Notes: generated by a model from the letters alone, not told the origin. Counted from the first letter of the stretch, positions 8,215-20,338 are shown. The stretch is DNA of 37,010 nt from Pseudomonadota bacterium (GCA_023423235.1 JAFAFY010000427.1:1-37010); one strand, 5' to 3'. Translations and numbers: made by a program.

Positions 8215-9798
8215 TCAGGAGCGGCGTTCGCTGTCCAGGCGCGCGCCCGCCGCGGCCGGCTCGCCGATCGCCTCCTGCCCCGCCAGCGACGGCTCGTCGT
8301 CCCTGAGCGTGTCGAGGTGCATCAGGCGCCGGATCAGCGGTGCGACGAAGATCATCAGCACGCCGACGCCGACCGCCAGCCAGCCGACGTTCGAGTAGAC
8401 ATCCATGACCCGCTCCACGCCGCCGCCTTCGCCGCCGGTTGCGGCCGAGATCAGGCCCGCGGCGAAGTTGCCGGTGGCCGAGGCGAAGAACCAGGTGCCC
8501 ATGATCAGGCTGGCCATGTGCGCCGGGGTCAGCCGGTTCATCGCCGACAGGCCCACCGGCGACAGGCACAGCTCGCCGGTCGTGTGCAGCAGGTAGATCA
8601 GGAAGATGAAGAGCACCGGCGTGGCATTGCCGGCGCCGGCCGCGGCAGTACCTGCGACCAGCACCAGGAAGCCCAGGCCCACCTGCACCACGGCCAGGCC
8701 GAACTTGGTCGGCGTCGACGGTTCCCAGCCGCGCTTGGCCAGCCACAGCCACAGCATCGCGAACACCGGTGCCAGCAGGATGATGTAGATCGAGTTCAAC
8801 GACTGGAACATCGAGGCCTTGATCTCCCAGCCGAACAGGTGGCGGTCGACCGAGCGGTCGGTGAACAGGTTCAGCGAGGCGCCGGCCTGTTCGAACAGCG
8901 ACCAGAACAGGATCGAGCCCACGATCAGGATCAACGCCGCGATGATCCGGTCGCGCTCCTCGCGCGCCAGCTTGAACACCGCGGTGAACAGCACATAGCC
9001 GATCAGGACCACGCCGGAGATGCCCAGCAGGTAACCGACCATCTTCTGGTGCTGGATCAGGAACCAGACCACGCCCACGGCCAGGAAGCCCGCGGCATAC
9101 AGCAGCCATTCGAAGCGCAGGCCCAAGACCGGCGCGGCCAGGCGCGCCGGATCGCGCGGCTCGCCGCGTCCCATCAGCAGCGGCTTACCGAGCACGAACA
9201 CGATCAGGCCCAGCAGCATGCCCACGCCGGCGGCGCCGAAGCCCCAGGCCCAGCCGTAGGTCTCGCCCAGGTAGCCGGCGATGAGCGCGCCGAGTGCCGC
9301 GCCCAGGTTGATGCCCATGTAGAAGATCGTGTACGCCGGATCGCGGCGGATGTCGGTGCGCGGATACAGCTGGCCGACCATCACCGAGATGTTGGCCTTG
9401 AGGAACCCCGATCCGACGATGATGAACGACAGCGCCAGCCAGAAGATGTTGATCTCCGCCGCGGTCTGGCCGCCATCGCCCTCGAACGCCATCAGGAAGT
9501 GACCGAAGGTCAGCAGCACCGCGCCATACAGCACGGCCTTGCGCTGGCCCAGGTAGCGGTCGGCCAGGTAACCGCCCACCACCGGCGCGATGTACACCAG
9601 CGCGGTGTAGGCGCCGTAGATCACCGACGCCTGCTGGTCGGAGAACATCCAGTGCTTGACGAGATAGAAGATCAGCAGCGCGCGCATGCCGTAGTAGGAG
9701 AACCGCTCCCACATCTCGGCGAAGAACAGCACGAACAGGCCGCGCGGATGCCCGAGGATGGTCTTCTTCTCCTCGGCTGCGTAGGGATTCAATGACAC
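8215..9798 (-). CDS. POT/PTR-family proton-dependent oligopeptide transporter
   Basis: GHPRGLFVLFFAEMWERFSYYGMR (ExxERFxYY motif) and FYMGINLG; many TM segments; GTG start after AGGAG. Confidence 0.95.
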   Translation of the reverse strand: MSLNPYAAEEKKTILGHPRGLFVLFFAEMWERFSYYGMRALLIFYLVKHWMFSDQQASVIYGAYTALVYIAPVVGGYLADRYLGQRKAVLYGAVLLTFGHFLMAFEGDGGQTAAEINIFWLALSFIIVGSGFLKANISVMVGQLYPRTDIRRDPAYTIFYMGINLGAALGALIAGYLGETYGWAWGFGAAGVGMLLGLIVFVLGKPLLMGRGEPRDPARLAAPVLGLRFEWLLYAAGFLAVGVVWFLIQHQKMVGYLLGISGVVLIGYVLFTAVFKLAREERDRIIAALILIVGSILFWSLFEQAGASLNLFTDRSVDRHLFGWEIKASMFQSLNSIYIILLAPVFAMLWLWLAKRGWEPSTPTKFGLAVVQVGLGFLVLVAGTAAAGAGNATPVLFIFLIYLLHTTGELCLSPVGLSAMNRLTPAHMASLIMGTWFFASATGNFAAGLISAATGGEGGGVERVMDVYSNVGWLAVGVGVLMIFVAPLIRRLMHLDTLRDDEPSLAGQEAIGEPAAAGARLDSERRS

Positions 9799-9942
9799 GT
9801 GAGGGGGTCTCCTGACGGTGGTCGATGCCGCAGGCCGGGGCCGGGGCGACGGGCTAACTTAGCGGCGCACGGCCCACATGGAAAGTGACAGGCGCCACCG
9901 CGACGCGCGGATAGCGCGCACGGATGCGGTGGCGCCGCGCAT

Positions 9943-11529
<1,587 letters not shown>

Positions 11530-11621
11530 GCGGTGGGCTCCCCTGCGGACATGCGACCCGGCATCCTAGCAGCCTGCCGGAAGCGGTTGCGCCGCCCGCC
11601 CCGGCCGTTGCCGCGGATCGA

Positions 11622-12497
11622 TCAGTAACCGCTGCTGCCCTGCCCCGGCCCGATGTGGGTGCGCACCTCGAACAGTTCCGGGAAGAAGGTCAGCTCCAGC
11701 GCCTGCTTCAGGAACCCGACCCCGCTGGAGCCGCCGGTGCCGCGCTTGAAGCCGATGATGCGCATCACCGTGCGCATGTGCCGGAAGCGCCACAGCTGGA
11801 ACTGGGTCTCCAGGTCCACCAGGTCCTCGCACAGCGAGTACTCGCGCCAGTAGCGCTCGGTGTCCTCGTAGATCGCCTCGAACACCGGCAGCAGGGCGTC
11901 GTCGCGGACGTGCGGCTGGCGCCAGTCGCGCTCGAGCATCGCCGCCGGCACCGCATGGCCCCAGCGCGCCAGGTAGCGCAGGAACTCGGCATACAGACTG
12001 GGCGCCTCCAGCACGCCGCGCAGCGCGGCCTGCCCGTCCGGGTCGTGGGCGAACACGTCGAGCATCGCGGTGTTCTTGTTGCCCAGCAGGAACTCGATGG
12101 TGCGGTACTGCAACGACTGGAAGCCCGACGACGGCCCCAGCACGTCGCGGAACTCCATGTATTCCGATGGCGTGAGCGTCTCCAGCACCGACCACTGCTC
12201 GGTCAGCTGGCGCAGCACCTGCTTGCAGCGCGCCAGCACCTTGCGGCAGCGCCAGACCTCGTCGCGCTGCAGGTGGCCGATCGCCGCCCGCAGCTCGTGG
12301 ATCATCAGCTTGAGCCACAGCTCCGAGACCTGGTGCTGGACGATGAACAGCATCTCGTCGTGGTGCGGCGGGTCCGACAGCGGCGCCTGCGCCGACAGCA
12401 GCCGCTCCAGGTGCAGGTAGCCGGCATAGGTCACGCGGCCTGCCAGATCGCGGTGGATGCCGTCCTCCAGGGGCCGGGTGTTGCGGTCGATGCTCAT
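11622..12497 (-). CDS. kynA: Tryptophan 2,3-dioxygenase
   Basis: [42 protein letters not shown]. Confidence 0.97.
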   Translation of the reverse strand: MSIDRNTRPLEDGIHRDLAGRVTYAGYLHLERLLSAQAPLSDPPHHDEMLFIVQHQVSELWLKLMIHELRAAIGHLQRDEVWRCRKVLARCKQVLRQLTEQWSVLETLTPSEYMEFRDVLGPSSGFQSLQYRTIEFLLGNKNTAMLDVFAHDPDGQAALRGVLEAPSLYAEFLRYLARWGHAVPAAMLERDWRQPHVRDDALLPVFEAIYEDTERYWREYSLCEDLVDLETQFQLWRFRHMRTVMRIIGFKRGTGGSSGVGFLKQALELTFFPELFEVRTHIGPGQGSSGY

Positions 12498-12627
12498 CGG
12501 CGAAGCCTACCGCAAGGCCGGCTGACGCGCCGCGACCGAAGCCGACGCAGGGCGTCATGCAGCCGCCACGAAACCGCGGCACAATCGCGGGCGGGGCGCT
12601 GGGCCCGGGGACGCATTGGGGAACGAG

Positions 12628-15600
12628 ATGACCGGATTCACCGGCCGGCTGTTGCCGGCGCTGTTGCTGTGCTGTGCCGCGGGGACGGCGAATGCCGAGA
12701 TCGTCATCAGCCAGGTCTATGGCGGTGGCGGCAACAGCGGCGCCACCTATCGCAGCGACTTCATCGAGCTGCACAACAACGGCGACCAGCCGGTGAACCT
12801 CGACGGCTGGTCGGTGCAGTACGCCGCGACCGCCGGCACCAGCTGGCAGGTCACGCCGCTGGCCGGCAGCATCGCCCCGGGCGCGTACTACCTGGTCAAG
12901 CAGGCCGACGGCAGCGGCGGCAGCCAGGACCTGCCCACGCCCGACGCCACCGGCACCATCGCCATGGCCGGCGCCAACGGCAAGGTGGCCCTGGTCCAGG
13001 CCACTGCCGCGCTGAGCGGCAGCTGCCCGGCGAGCCGCGTCGACCTGGTCGGCTACGGCAGCGCCAACTGTTTCGAGGGCAGCGGCGCCACCCCGGCGCT
13101 GACCAATGCTACCGCCGCGCTGCGCGCCGGCGACGGCTGCACCGACAGCAACGACAACGCGGCCGATTTCACCACCGCAGCCGCCGCGCCGCGCAACAGC
13201 GCCAGCATCCCGGTGGCCTGCAGCGGCGGCGGCGCACTGTTCGTCAGCATCAACGACGCCAGCGGCGCCGAGGGCGACAGCGGCACCAGCCCGATGTTCT
13301 TCACCCTGAGCCTCAACCAGCCGGCCGGTCCGGGCGGGGTCAGCGTCGACTACGCCACCGTCGACGGCAGCGCGACCGTCGCCGACAACGACTACATCGC
13401 CCGCGCCGGCACCCTGGTGTTCCCGGAAGGCGAAACCACGCTGACCCTGCACGTGGACATCGTCGGCGACGAGACGGTGGAACAGGACGAGGTCTTCCAC
13501 ATCGACCTGGCCAATGCCGTGGGCGCGTCGATCCACACCGGTCGCGGCACCGGCACCATCGTCAACGACGACGTGGTGACCGTCGCCATCCACGCCATCC
13601 AGGGCAGCGGCGAACGCTCGCCCTACGAGAACCTGGCCGTCGCCACCACCGGCATCGTCACCGGCCGCAAGAACAACGGCTTCTTCCTGCAGACCGCCGA
13701 CGGCGAGGACGACGCCAACCCGGCGACCTCGGAAGGCATCTTCGTCTTCACCAGCGCCGCCCCGCCCGCCGATGCCGCGGTCGGCAACCGCGTGCTGGTG
13801 CAGGGCACGGTGATCGAGTACATCCCCGCCGCCGATCCGCACCAGCTGCCGCTCACCGAGATCACCAACGCCTCGGTGGTCAAGCTGTCGGAAGGCCACG
13901 CGCTGCCGGCGCCGGTAGCGCTGAGCACCGCGCTGCCCAGCGCCGACGGCGGTCTGGCCCAGCTCGAACACCTGGAGGGCATGCGCGTCACCGCGCCCAG
14001 CTTCACCGTGGTCGCGCCGACCGGCGGCAACACCAACGAGAACCAGGCCACGGCGACCAGCAACGGCCGCTTCGCGGTCGTGGTCACCGGCACGGCGCGG
14101 CCGTTCCGCGAGCCCGGCATACAGGTCCCCGACCCGGACCCGCTGGGCAGCAGCGCGCCCAACATCCCGCGCTGGGATTACAACCCCGAGCTGATCGCGG
14201 TCAACAGCACCACGATCGGCGCGCCGACCGCCAACCTCGCCGCCGGCTGCCGCATCGTCGACGGCTCGCTGACCGGGCCGCTGGACTACACCTTCCGCCG
14301 CTACACCATCTACCCGGAAGCCGAGCTGGCGACCGACTGCAGCGGCGCCGGCGAAGTCCGCCCGTCCACGCTGCCCGGTCCGGACCACGTCACCTTCGCC
14401 ACCTACAACCTCGAGCGCTTCTTCGACACCGTCAACGACGGCAACAGTGGCCCGACGCTGACCGTCGCGGCGCTGGAGCGGCGCCTGGGCAAGGCCTCGA
14501 TCGGCATCCGCGACTACCTGCACGCGCCCGACATCCTGGGCGTGACCGAGGTGGAGAACCTCGCGGTTCTCCAGGCCCTGGCCGCGCGCATCAATGCCGA
14601 TGCGATCGCCGCCGGCCAGCCGGATCCGGGCTATGTCGCCTACCTCGAGGAAGGCTTCGATGTCGGCGGGATCGACGTGGGCTTCCTGGTCAAGACCGCG
14701 GAAGTGGGCACCGGCCTCGCCCGCATCGCGGTGACCGGCGTGACCCAGGAAGGCACCGACGAGGTGCTGCCCAACCCCAACGGCACCACCAGCGTGCTCA
14801 ACGACCGCCCGCCGCTGGTGCTCACGGCCACCGCGCACTTCGCGGACGGCCGCAGCTTCCCGCTGACCGCGATCGTGGTCCACCAGCGCTCGCTCAGCGG
14901 CATCGAGGCCGACGACGGCGGCAGCAACGGCTGGATCAGCGGCGGCGCGCGCGTGCGTGCCAAGCGCCAGGCCCAGGCCGAATTCCTGGCCGGGCTGATC
15001 CAGGACATGCAGGCCGACGATCCGGCGCGGCACATCGTCGTGCTCGGCGACTTCAACGCCTTCGAGTTCAACGACGGCTACGTCGACGCGATGGGCACCG
15101 TCACCGGCCTGACCTCGCCCGACGGCGAGACCGCGGTCGATGGCGACGGCGCGGTGCTGGTGTCGCCCTCGCTGCTCAACATGACCCTGGAAGCAGCCAA
15201 CGATGAACGCTATTCGTTCGTCTACGACTACCAGGCGCAGTCGCTCGACCACGTGCTGGTCAACCAGGCGGTGGTGGACTCGCCGCTGGTCGTCGGGCTC
15301 GACATCAGCCATGCGCGCATCAACGCCGACTTCCCCGAGGTCGCGCGCAACGATGCCGACACGCCCACGCGCCTGTCCGACCACGACCCCACGGTGCTGC
15401 TGCTGCGCCTGCAGCCGGTGACCTTCGCCGACCTCGGCGTCACGGCAGAAGCGGTCGAGGCCGAAGTGATCGCCGGCAACGCGCTGGCCTTCGCCGCCAC
15501 CGTGCACAACGCCGGTCCCGACGCCGCGCAGTTCCCCGGCTTCGGCGCGGTGCTGGACGCCGAGCTCGGCGACCTGGTGGTCTCCGCGGCCGATGGCTGG

Positions 15601-16146
15601 ACCTGCGACACGCCGACCGTCGCCGACGGCACCACCACGGTCGCGTGCAGCAGCAGCGCGCTGGCGAGCGGCGCGGACGCGGTGTTCGCCCTGTCGGCCA
15701 CCGCGCCCGGGACCGCAACCGGCAGCAGCATCACCTTGACCGCCGCTGCGGATTCGCAGACCCAGGACCCGGACGCGTCCGACAACAATGCCAGTGCGTC
15801 GGTGTCGGTGGTCGAGGACCCGGACGCGGCGGCGCAGCCGCTGGTCAACGGCGAACTGCTCGGTGGCCTGTCGGGCGCCGCCGGTGAGTCGCTGCTGTTC
15901 CGCATCGACGTGCCGGCCGGCGCGCGCAACCTGCGCATCCTCACCGCCGGCGGCAGCGGCGATGTCACCCTGCTCGCCAGCCACGAGGCGGTGCCCACCG
16001 AGGCCGCGTTCGACCTGCGTTCGCAGCGTCCGGGCAACAACGAGACCGTACACGTGACCGCGCCGCAGGCCGGCACCTGGTACATCCGCGTGGTTGGCGT
16101 GCGCGCATTCGCCCGCGCCTCGGTCCGGGCCAGCTTCTCGCCCTGA
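12628..16146 (+). CDS. Secreted ExeM/NucH-like nuclease (lamin-tail, Calx-beta, OB-fold, EEP, DUF11-like and PPC domains)
   Basis: Signal peptide ending TANA; IVISQVYGGGGN..DFIELHN; Calx-like VSVDYATVDGSA; IHAIQG..GFFLQ..SEGIFV; EEP motifs ATYNLE, VLGDFN, SLDH, SDHDP; C-terminal PQAGTWYIRV. Confidence 0.88.
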   Translation: MTGFTGRLLPALLLCCAAGTANAEIVISQVYGGGGNSGATYRSDFIELHNNGDQPVNLDGWSVQYAATAGTSWQVTPLAGSIAPGAYYLVKQADGSGGSQDLPTPDATGTIAMAGANGKVALVQATAALSGSCPASRVDLVGYGSANCFEGSGATPALTNATAALRAGDGCTDSNDNAADFTTAAAAPRNSASIPVACSGGGALFVSINDASGAEGDSGTSPMFFTLSLNQPAGPGGVSVDYATVDGSATVADNDYIARAGTLVFPEGETTLTLHVDIVGDETVEQDEVFHIDLANAVGASIHTGRGTGTIVNDDVVTVAIHAIQGSGERSPYENLAVATTGIVTGRKNNGFFLQTADGEDDANPATSEGIFVFTSAAPPADAAVGNRVLVQGTVIEYIPAADPHQLPLTEITNASVVKLSEGHALPAPVALSTALPSADGGLAQLEHLEGMRVTAPSFTVVAPTGGNTNENQATATSNGRFAVVVTGTARPFREPGIQVPDPDPLGSSAPNIPRWDYNPELIAVNSTTIGAPTANLAAGCRIVDGSLTGPLDYTFRRYTIYPEAELATDCSGAGEVRPSTLPGPDHVTFATYNLERFFDTVNDGNSGPTLTVAALERRLGKASIGIRDYLHAPDILGVTEVENLAVLQALAARINADAIAAGQPDPGYVAYLEEGFDVGGIDVGFLVKTAEVGTGLARIAVTGVTQEGTDEVLPNPNGTTSVLNDRPPLVLTATAHFADGRSFPLTAIVVHQRSLSGIEADDGGSNGWISGGARVRAKRQAQAEFLAGLIQDMQADDPARHIVVLGDFNAFEFNDGYVDAMGTVTGLTSPDGETAVDGDGAVLVSPSLLNMTLEAANDERYSFVYDYQAQSLDHVLVNQAVVDSPLVVGLDISHARINADFPEVARNDADTPTRLSDHDPTVLLLRLQPVTFADLGVTAEAVEAEVIAGNALAFAATVHNAGPDAAQFPGFGAVLDAELGDLVVSAADGWTCDTPTVADGTTTVACSSSALASGADAVFALSATAPGTATGSSITLTAAADSQTQDPDASDNNASASVSVVEDPDAAAQPLVNGELLGGLSGAAGESLLFRIDVPAGARNLRILTAGGSGDVTLLASHEAVPTEAAFDLRSQRPGNNETVHVTAPQAGTWYIRVVGVRAFARASVRASFSP

Positions 16147-16169
16147 GCGGCGCTGCGCAGGTGACCCCT

Positions 16170-16201
16170 GGAAACCCCGGCTCCGGCCGGGGTTTCCTTT
16201 T
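16170..16201 (+). terminator. Intrinsic terminator
   Basis: GGAAACCCCGGC-TCCG-GCCGGGGTTTCC-TTTT. Confidence 0.85.
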
Positions 16202-16338
16202 GCGCGGCGCATGCACAGGGGCACACGCCGCGCCCGCATCTACGCGATCACTGCACGCACGTCATGCCGCAGCGCGCAACGGGCCTTAACGAGGCCACAG
16301 GTATCATCGGCAACCATTGTCCCTGACCGGTTGGAACG

Positions 16339-17412
16339 ATGACCGTCGTCGCGAAATTCGAGATCGATTACCTGCAGTACCTCGGCCCGGACGGCAAGCT
16401 CGTCGCCGATCTGCCCGAGGCGGTGTCCGGCCCCGCGCAGTTGCTGCCGCTGTTCAAGCAGATGCTGCTGGTGCGCACTTTCGACAGCAAGGCCATCGCC
16501 CTGCAGCGCACCGGCAAACTGGGCACCTACGCCGCCTGCCTGGGCCACGAAGCCACGCACGTGGGCATCGGCGCGGCAATGCGGCCCGAGGACGTGTTCG
16601 CGCCCAGCTACCGCGAGTACGGCGCGCAACTGGTACGTGGCGTGCAGCCGCGCGAGATCCTGATGTACTGGGGCGGCGACGAGCGCGGCAACGATTTCCA
16701 GGGCCCGCGCCATGATTTCCCCTGGTGCGTACCGATCGCCACGCAGTGCCTGCACGCGGCCGGCGCGGCGCTGGCGTTCAAGCTGCGCGGCGAGCCGCGG
16801 GTCGCGGTGACCTGCTGCGGCGATGGCGGCAGTTCCAAGACCGACACCTACGCCGCGATCAACTCGGCCGGCGCCTACACCCTGCCGTTCGTGCAATGCA
16901 TCATCAACAACGGCTGGGCGATCTCGGTGCCGCGCAACGCGCAGACCGGCGCGCAGACGCTGGCACAGAAGGGTCTGGCCGGCGGCCTGGATTGCCTGCA
17001 GGTCGACGGCAACGACCTGATCGCCGTGCTCGAGGGCATGCGCCGGGCGATGGACCGCGCGCGCAGCGGCGGCGGCGGCAGCGTCATCGAGTTCATGACC
17101 TACCGCCTGCACGACCACACCACCGCCGACGACGCCCGCCGCTACCGCGACGAGGCCGAGGTCAAGGACGCCTGGACGCGCGACCCGATGACCCGGCTGC
17201 GCACCTGGCTGACGGCGGAGGGACTGTGGGACGAGGACCAGGAGAAGGCCTGGATCGCCGAGTGCACGCAGCGCATCGACGTCGAGATCAACGCCTACCT
17301 GGAGCTGAAGGTGCAGCCGGTGGAAGCGATGTTCGACTATCTCTACGCCGACCCGCCGCCGGACCTGCTGGAGCAGCGCGCGCAGGCGATGGCCGCGGAG
17401 GGTCGCGCATGA
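16339..17412 (+). CDS. pdhA: 2-oxoacid dehydrogenase E1 alpha (pyruvate or branched-chain type)
   Basis: ALQRTGKLGTY, TPP motif GDG...NNGWAIS, TYRLHDHTTADD. Confidence 0.92.
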   Translation: MTVVAKFEIDYLQYLGPDGKLVADLPEAVSGPAQLLPLFKQMLLVRTFDSKAIALQRTGKLGTYAACLGHEATHVGIGAAMRPEDVFAPSYREYGAQLVRGVQPREILMYWGGDERGNDFQGPRHDFPWCVPIATQCLHAAGAALAFKLRGEPRVAVTCCGDGGSSKTDTYAAINSAGAYTLPFVQCIINNGWAISVPRNAQTGAQTLAQKGLAGGLDCLQVDGNDLIAVLEGMRRAMDRARSGGGGSVIEFMTYRLHDHTTADDARRYRDEAEVKDAWTRDPMTRLRTWLTAEGLWDEDQEKAWIAECTQRIDVEINAYLELKVQPVEAMFDYLYADPPPDLLEQRAQAMAAEGRA

Positions 17413-18455
17413 ACATCGCCGCCAGCAAGGCCACGACCGCCGCCGCGAAGGCCGGCGCCGACGCCACCGCCGCGCCGGTCGCCATCACCCTGATCGAGGC
17501 GATCACCCAGGCACTGGCGCACGCGCTGCGCAACGACGATTCGGTCGTGGTGCTGGGCGAGGACGTCGGCGTCAACGGCGGCGTGTTCCGCGCCACCGCC
17601 GGGCTGCAGGCGCAGTTCGGGCCCCAGCGCGTACTCGACACCCCGCTCGACGAGACCACCATCGCCGGGCTGACCGTCGGCATGGCCGCGATGGGCATGA
17701 AGCCGGTCGCCGAAGCGCAGTTCGACGGCTTCATGTACCCGATGGTCGACCACATCATCTGCCACGCCGCGCGCTTCCGTTACCGCACCCGCGGTCGCCT
17801 GAGCTGCCCGATGGTGCTGCGCGTACCGTGGGGAGGCGGCATCCGCGCGCCCGAGCACCACAGCGAGGCCAACGAGGCGATCTTCACCAACGTGCCGGGC
17901 CTGCGCGTGGTCATGCCGTCCTCGCCCGCGCGCGCCTACGGCCTGCTGCTGGCGGCAATCCGCGAGCCGGACCCGGTGATCTACTTCGAACCCAAGCGCA
18001 TCTACCGCCAGTACAAGGAAGTGGTGCCCGACGATGGCGAGGCGCTGCCGCTGGATGTCTGCTACGTGCCGCGCGACGGCACCGACGTGACCCTGATCAG
18101 CTGGGGCGCGCAGGTCAAGGAGGCGCTGGAAGCGGCGGAGACGCTGGCGCAGGACGGCATCAGCGCCGAGGTCATCGATGTCGCCACGCTGCGACCGCTG
18201 GATTTCGCCACCATCGCCGAATCGGTCTCGCGCACCGGCCGCGCGGTCATCGTCCACGAGGCCCCCAAGACCGCGGGCTTCGGTGCCGAGATCGCCGCGC
18301 GCCTTGCCGAGGAGTCGATGTACGACCTGCTGGCGCCGGTGGAGCGCGTCACCGGCTACGACACCCACATCCCGCTGTTCCGCCTGGAAATGAAGTACCT
18401 GCCCAGCGTGGACAAGATCGTGGCCGCGGCGAAGCGGGCGATGGCAGCGGGCTGA
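17409..18455 (+). CDS. pdhB: 2-oxoacid dehydrogenase E1 beta
   Basis: GEDVGVNGGVFRAT, DTPLDE, EHHSE, VHEAP; ATGA overlap with E1 alpha. Confidence 0.92.
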   Translation: MNIAASKATTAAAKAGADATAAPVAITLIEAITQALAHALRNDDSVVVLGEDVGVNGGVFRATAGLQAQFGPQRVLDTPLDETTIAGLTVGMAAMGMKPVAEAQFDGFMYPMVDHIICHAARFRYRTRGRLSCPMVLRVPWGGGIRAPEHHSEANEAIFTNVPGLRVVMPSSPARAYGLLLAAIREPDPVIYFEPKRIYRQYKEVVPDDGEALPLDVCYVPRDGTDVTLISWGAQVKEALEAAETLAQDGISAEVIDVATLRPLDFATIAESVSRTGRAVIVHEAPKTAGFGAEIAARLAEESMYDLLAPVERVTGYDTHIPLFRLEMKYLPSVDKIVAAAKRAMAAG

Positions 18456-18461
18456 GGCGCG

Positions 18462-18839
18462 ATGGCCGCGCCGGTTGTCGCCTTCGTTGTCGCGGCGCAC
18501 CGCGCACCGGCGTACGCACCGATCCGGGTACAGGCCGGCGAGATGCCGACGCCCGGCGTCGTGGATACACAATGGCCGCAGTTCACCTGGATGGTGGGCG
18601 CCGACGGCGCCGGCGGCTGGATGCCCACGTCGCTGCTGCAACACGATGCCAGCGAGCCGCCGCGTGCGGTCGCCCGCGAGGATTACGGGACCACCGAACT
18701 GGAGACGGACCCGGGCGACCGGATCCTGCTCCATCGCCTGCTCGCCGACGGGTGGTGGGCGGAGAATGAAAAGGGCATGCGTGGCTGGATTCCCGCCCGC
18801 GCGCTCGCACCGCCGGCAGCCGCCGGCACGACCGATTGA
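18462..18839 (+). CDS. Small tandem SH3-like domain protein
   Basis: Two SH3-like units: ...GGWMPTSLL and AREDYGTTEL...DGWWAENEKGMRGWIPA. Confidence 0.75.
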   Translation: MAAPVVAFVVAAHRAPAYAPIRVQAGEMPTPGVVDTQWPQFTWMVGADGAGGWMPTSLLQHDASEPPRAVAREDYGTTELETDPGDRILLHRLLADGWWAENEKGMRGWIPARALAPPAAAGTTD

Positions 18840-18850
18840 GGACTGCACGC

Positions 18851-20338
18851 ATGGCCAACAGCACTTCCTTCCGCCTCCCCGACCTCGGTGAGGGCCTGCC
18901 CGACGCGACGATCGTCGAATGGGCGGTCAAGGTCGGCGACACCATCCGCCTGGACGATGCGCTGGTGTCGATGGAAACCGCCAAGGCGGTGGTCGACGTG
19001 CCCTCGCCGGTCTCGGGCAAGGTGCTCAGGCTTGCCGGCGATCCCGGCGACATCATCGAGACCGGCGCGGTGCTGGCCGAGTTCGAGATCGACCCCAGCC
19101 AGCCGCAGCGCGCCGAAGGCCAGGACACCGGCCATCACCACGGCCCGCCGAAGGACGCGTCCGCCAAGGGCGCGCCCGGCAAAGGCGTGGGCGCAGCCGA
19201 TCCGGCGCCCGACAGCAAGGTGGTCGCCTCGACCGAGGGCGGCGCGATCGCCGCCGGTGACGACGCCCCGCCCGAGGTGAAATCCGAACCCGGCGCGCGC
19301 GCCGACAGCGGCACCGTGGTCGGGGCCATGCAGTCCTCCGACGCGGTGCACAGCGAACAGGCCAGCTCTGCCGGCGGCGTCAAGGCGATGCCGGCGGTGC
19401 GCGCGCTGGCGCGCAAGCTGAAAGTCGACATCAGCCGCGTGCGCGGCAGCGGCAGCGACGGCGTGGTGACGATGGCCGACGTCAAGCAGGCTGCGGCCCG
19501 GGGGGATGCCGTGGCCGGTTCACCTCTCCCGCGCGCGGGAGAGGTCGACGCGCGCAGCGCGTCGGGCGAGGGCGGCAACACCGTGTCGCCCTCATCCGCC
19601 CTTCGGGCACCTTCTCCCGGAGGGAGAAGGGAAGAGCAGCGTACGCAGCTGTCGGCCTCCGGCAAGCCCATGCGGACCCAGCCGCCGTCGGTGTCCGCCT
19701 CCGGCCAGCCCGAACCGCTCAAGGGCGTGCGCCGCAACATGGCGCGGGTGATGGCCGACGCGCACGCCAAGGTCGTGCCGACCACGCTCAGCGACGACGC
19801 CGACATCCACGCCTGGGCGCCGGGCAACGACGTCACCGTGCGCCTGATCCGCGCCATCTGCGCCGCCGCGCGCACGGTGCCCGCGCTCAATGCCTGGTTC
19901 GATGGCGACAAGCTCACCCGCACCCTGCATCCGCATGTCGATATCGGCATCGCCGTGGACACCGACGACGGCCTGTTCGTGCCGGCGCTGCGCAATGCCG
20001 ACGTGCTCGATGCCGGCGGCGTGCGCGAGGGCATCAACCGCCTGCGCGCGCAGGTCGGCGACCGCAGCATTCCGGCTTCGGAACTGACCGGCTACACCAT
20101 CTCGCTGTCGAACTTCGGCATGTTCGCCGGCCGCTACGCCACGCCGGTGGTGGTGCCGCCGTGCGTGGCGATCGTCGCCGCCGGCCGCGGCCGCCACCAG
20201 ATCACCCCGGTGATCGGCGGCTTCGAATCGCACAGGGTCATCCCGCTGTCGCTGACCTTCGACCACCGCGCCGCGACCGGCGGCGAGGCCGCGCGCTTCC
20301 TCAAGGCGATGCTCGACGATCTCGCCCTGCCGCACTGA
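18851..20338 (+). CDS. Dihydrolipoamide acyltransferase E2
   Basis: Lipoyl domain FRLPDLGEG...METAKA, binding domain AMPAVRALA, catalytic LTFDHRAATG. Confidence 0.93.
   Translation: MANSTSFRLPDLGEGLPDATIVEWAVKVGDTIRLDDALVSMETAKAVVDVPSPVSGKVLRLAGDPGDIIETGAVLAEFEIDPSQPQRAEGQDTGHHHGPPKDASAKGAPGKGVGAADPAPDSKVVASTEGGAIAAGDDAPPEVKSEPGARADSGTVVGAMQSSDAVHSEQASSAGGVKAMPAVRALARKLKVDISRVRGSGSDGVVTMADVKQAAARGDAVAGSPLPRAGEVDARSASGEGGNTVSPSSALRAPSPGGRREEQRTQLSASGKPMRTQPPSVSASGQPEPLKGVRRNMARVMADAHAKVVPTTLSDDADIHAWAPGNDVTVRLIRAICAAARTVPALNAWFDGDKLTRTLHPHVDIGIAVDTDDGLFVPALRNADVLDAGGVREGINRLRAQVGDRSIPASELTGYTISLSNFGMFAGRYATPVVVPPCVAIVAAGRGRHQITPVIGGFESHRVIPLSLTFDHRAATGGEAARFLKAMLDDLALPH
19522..19632. repeat. 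Palindromic repeat element (CCTCTCCC...GGGAGAGG type) inside the E2 coding sequence
   Basis: ACCTCTCCCGCGCGCGGGAGAGGT, CGACGCGC-GCA-GCGCGTCG, and the inverted partner CCCTCATCCGCCCTTCGGGCACCTTCTCCCGGAGGGAGAAGGG. Confidence 0.8.
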
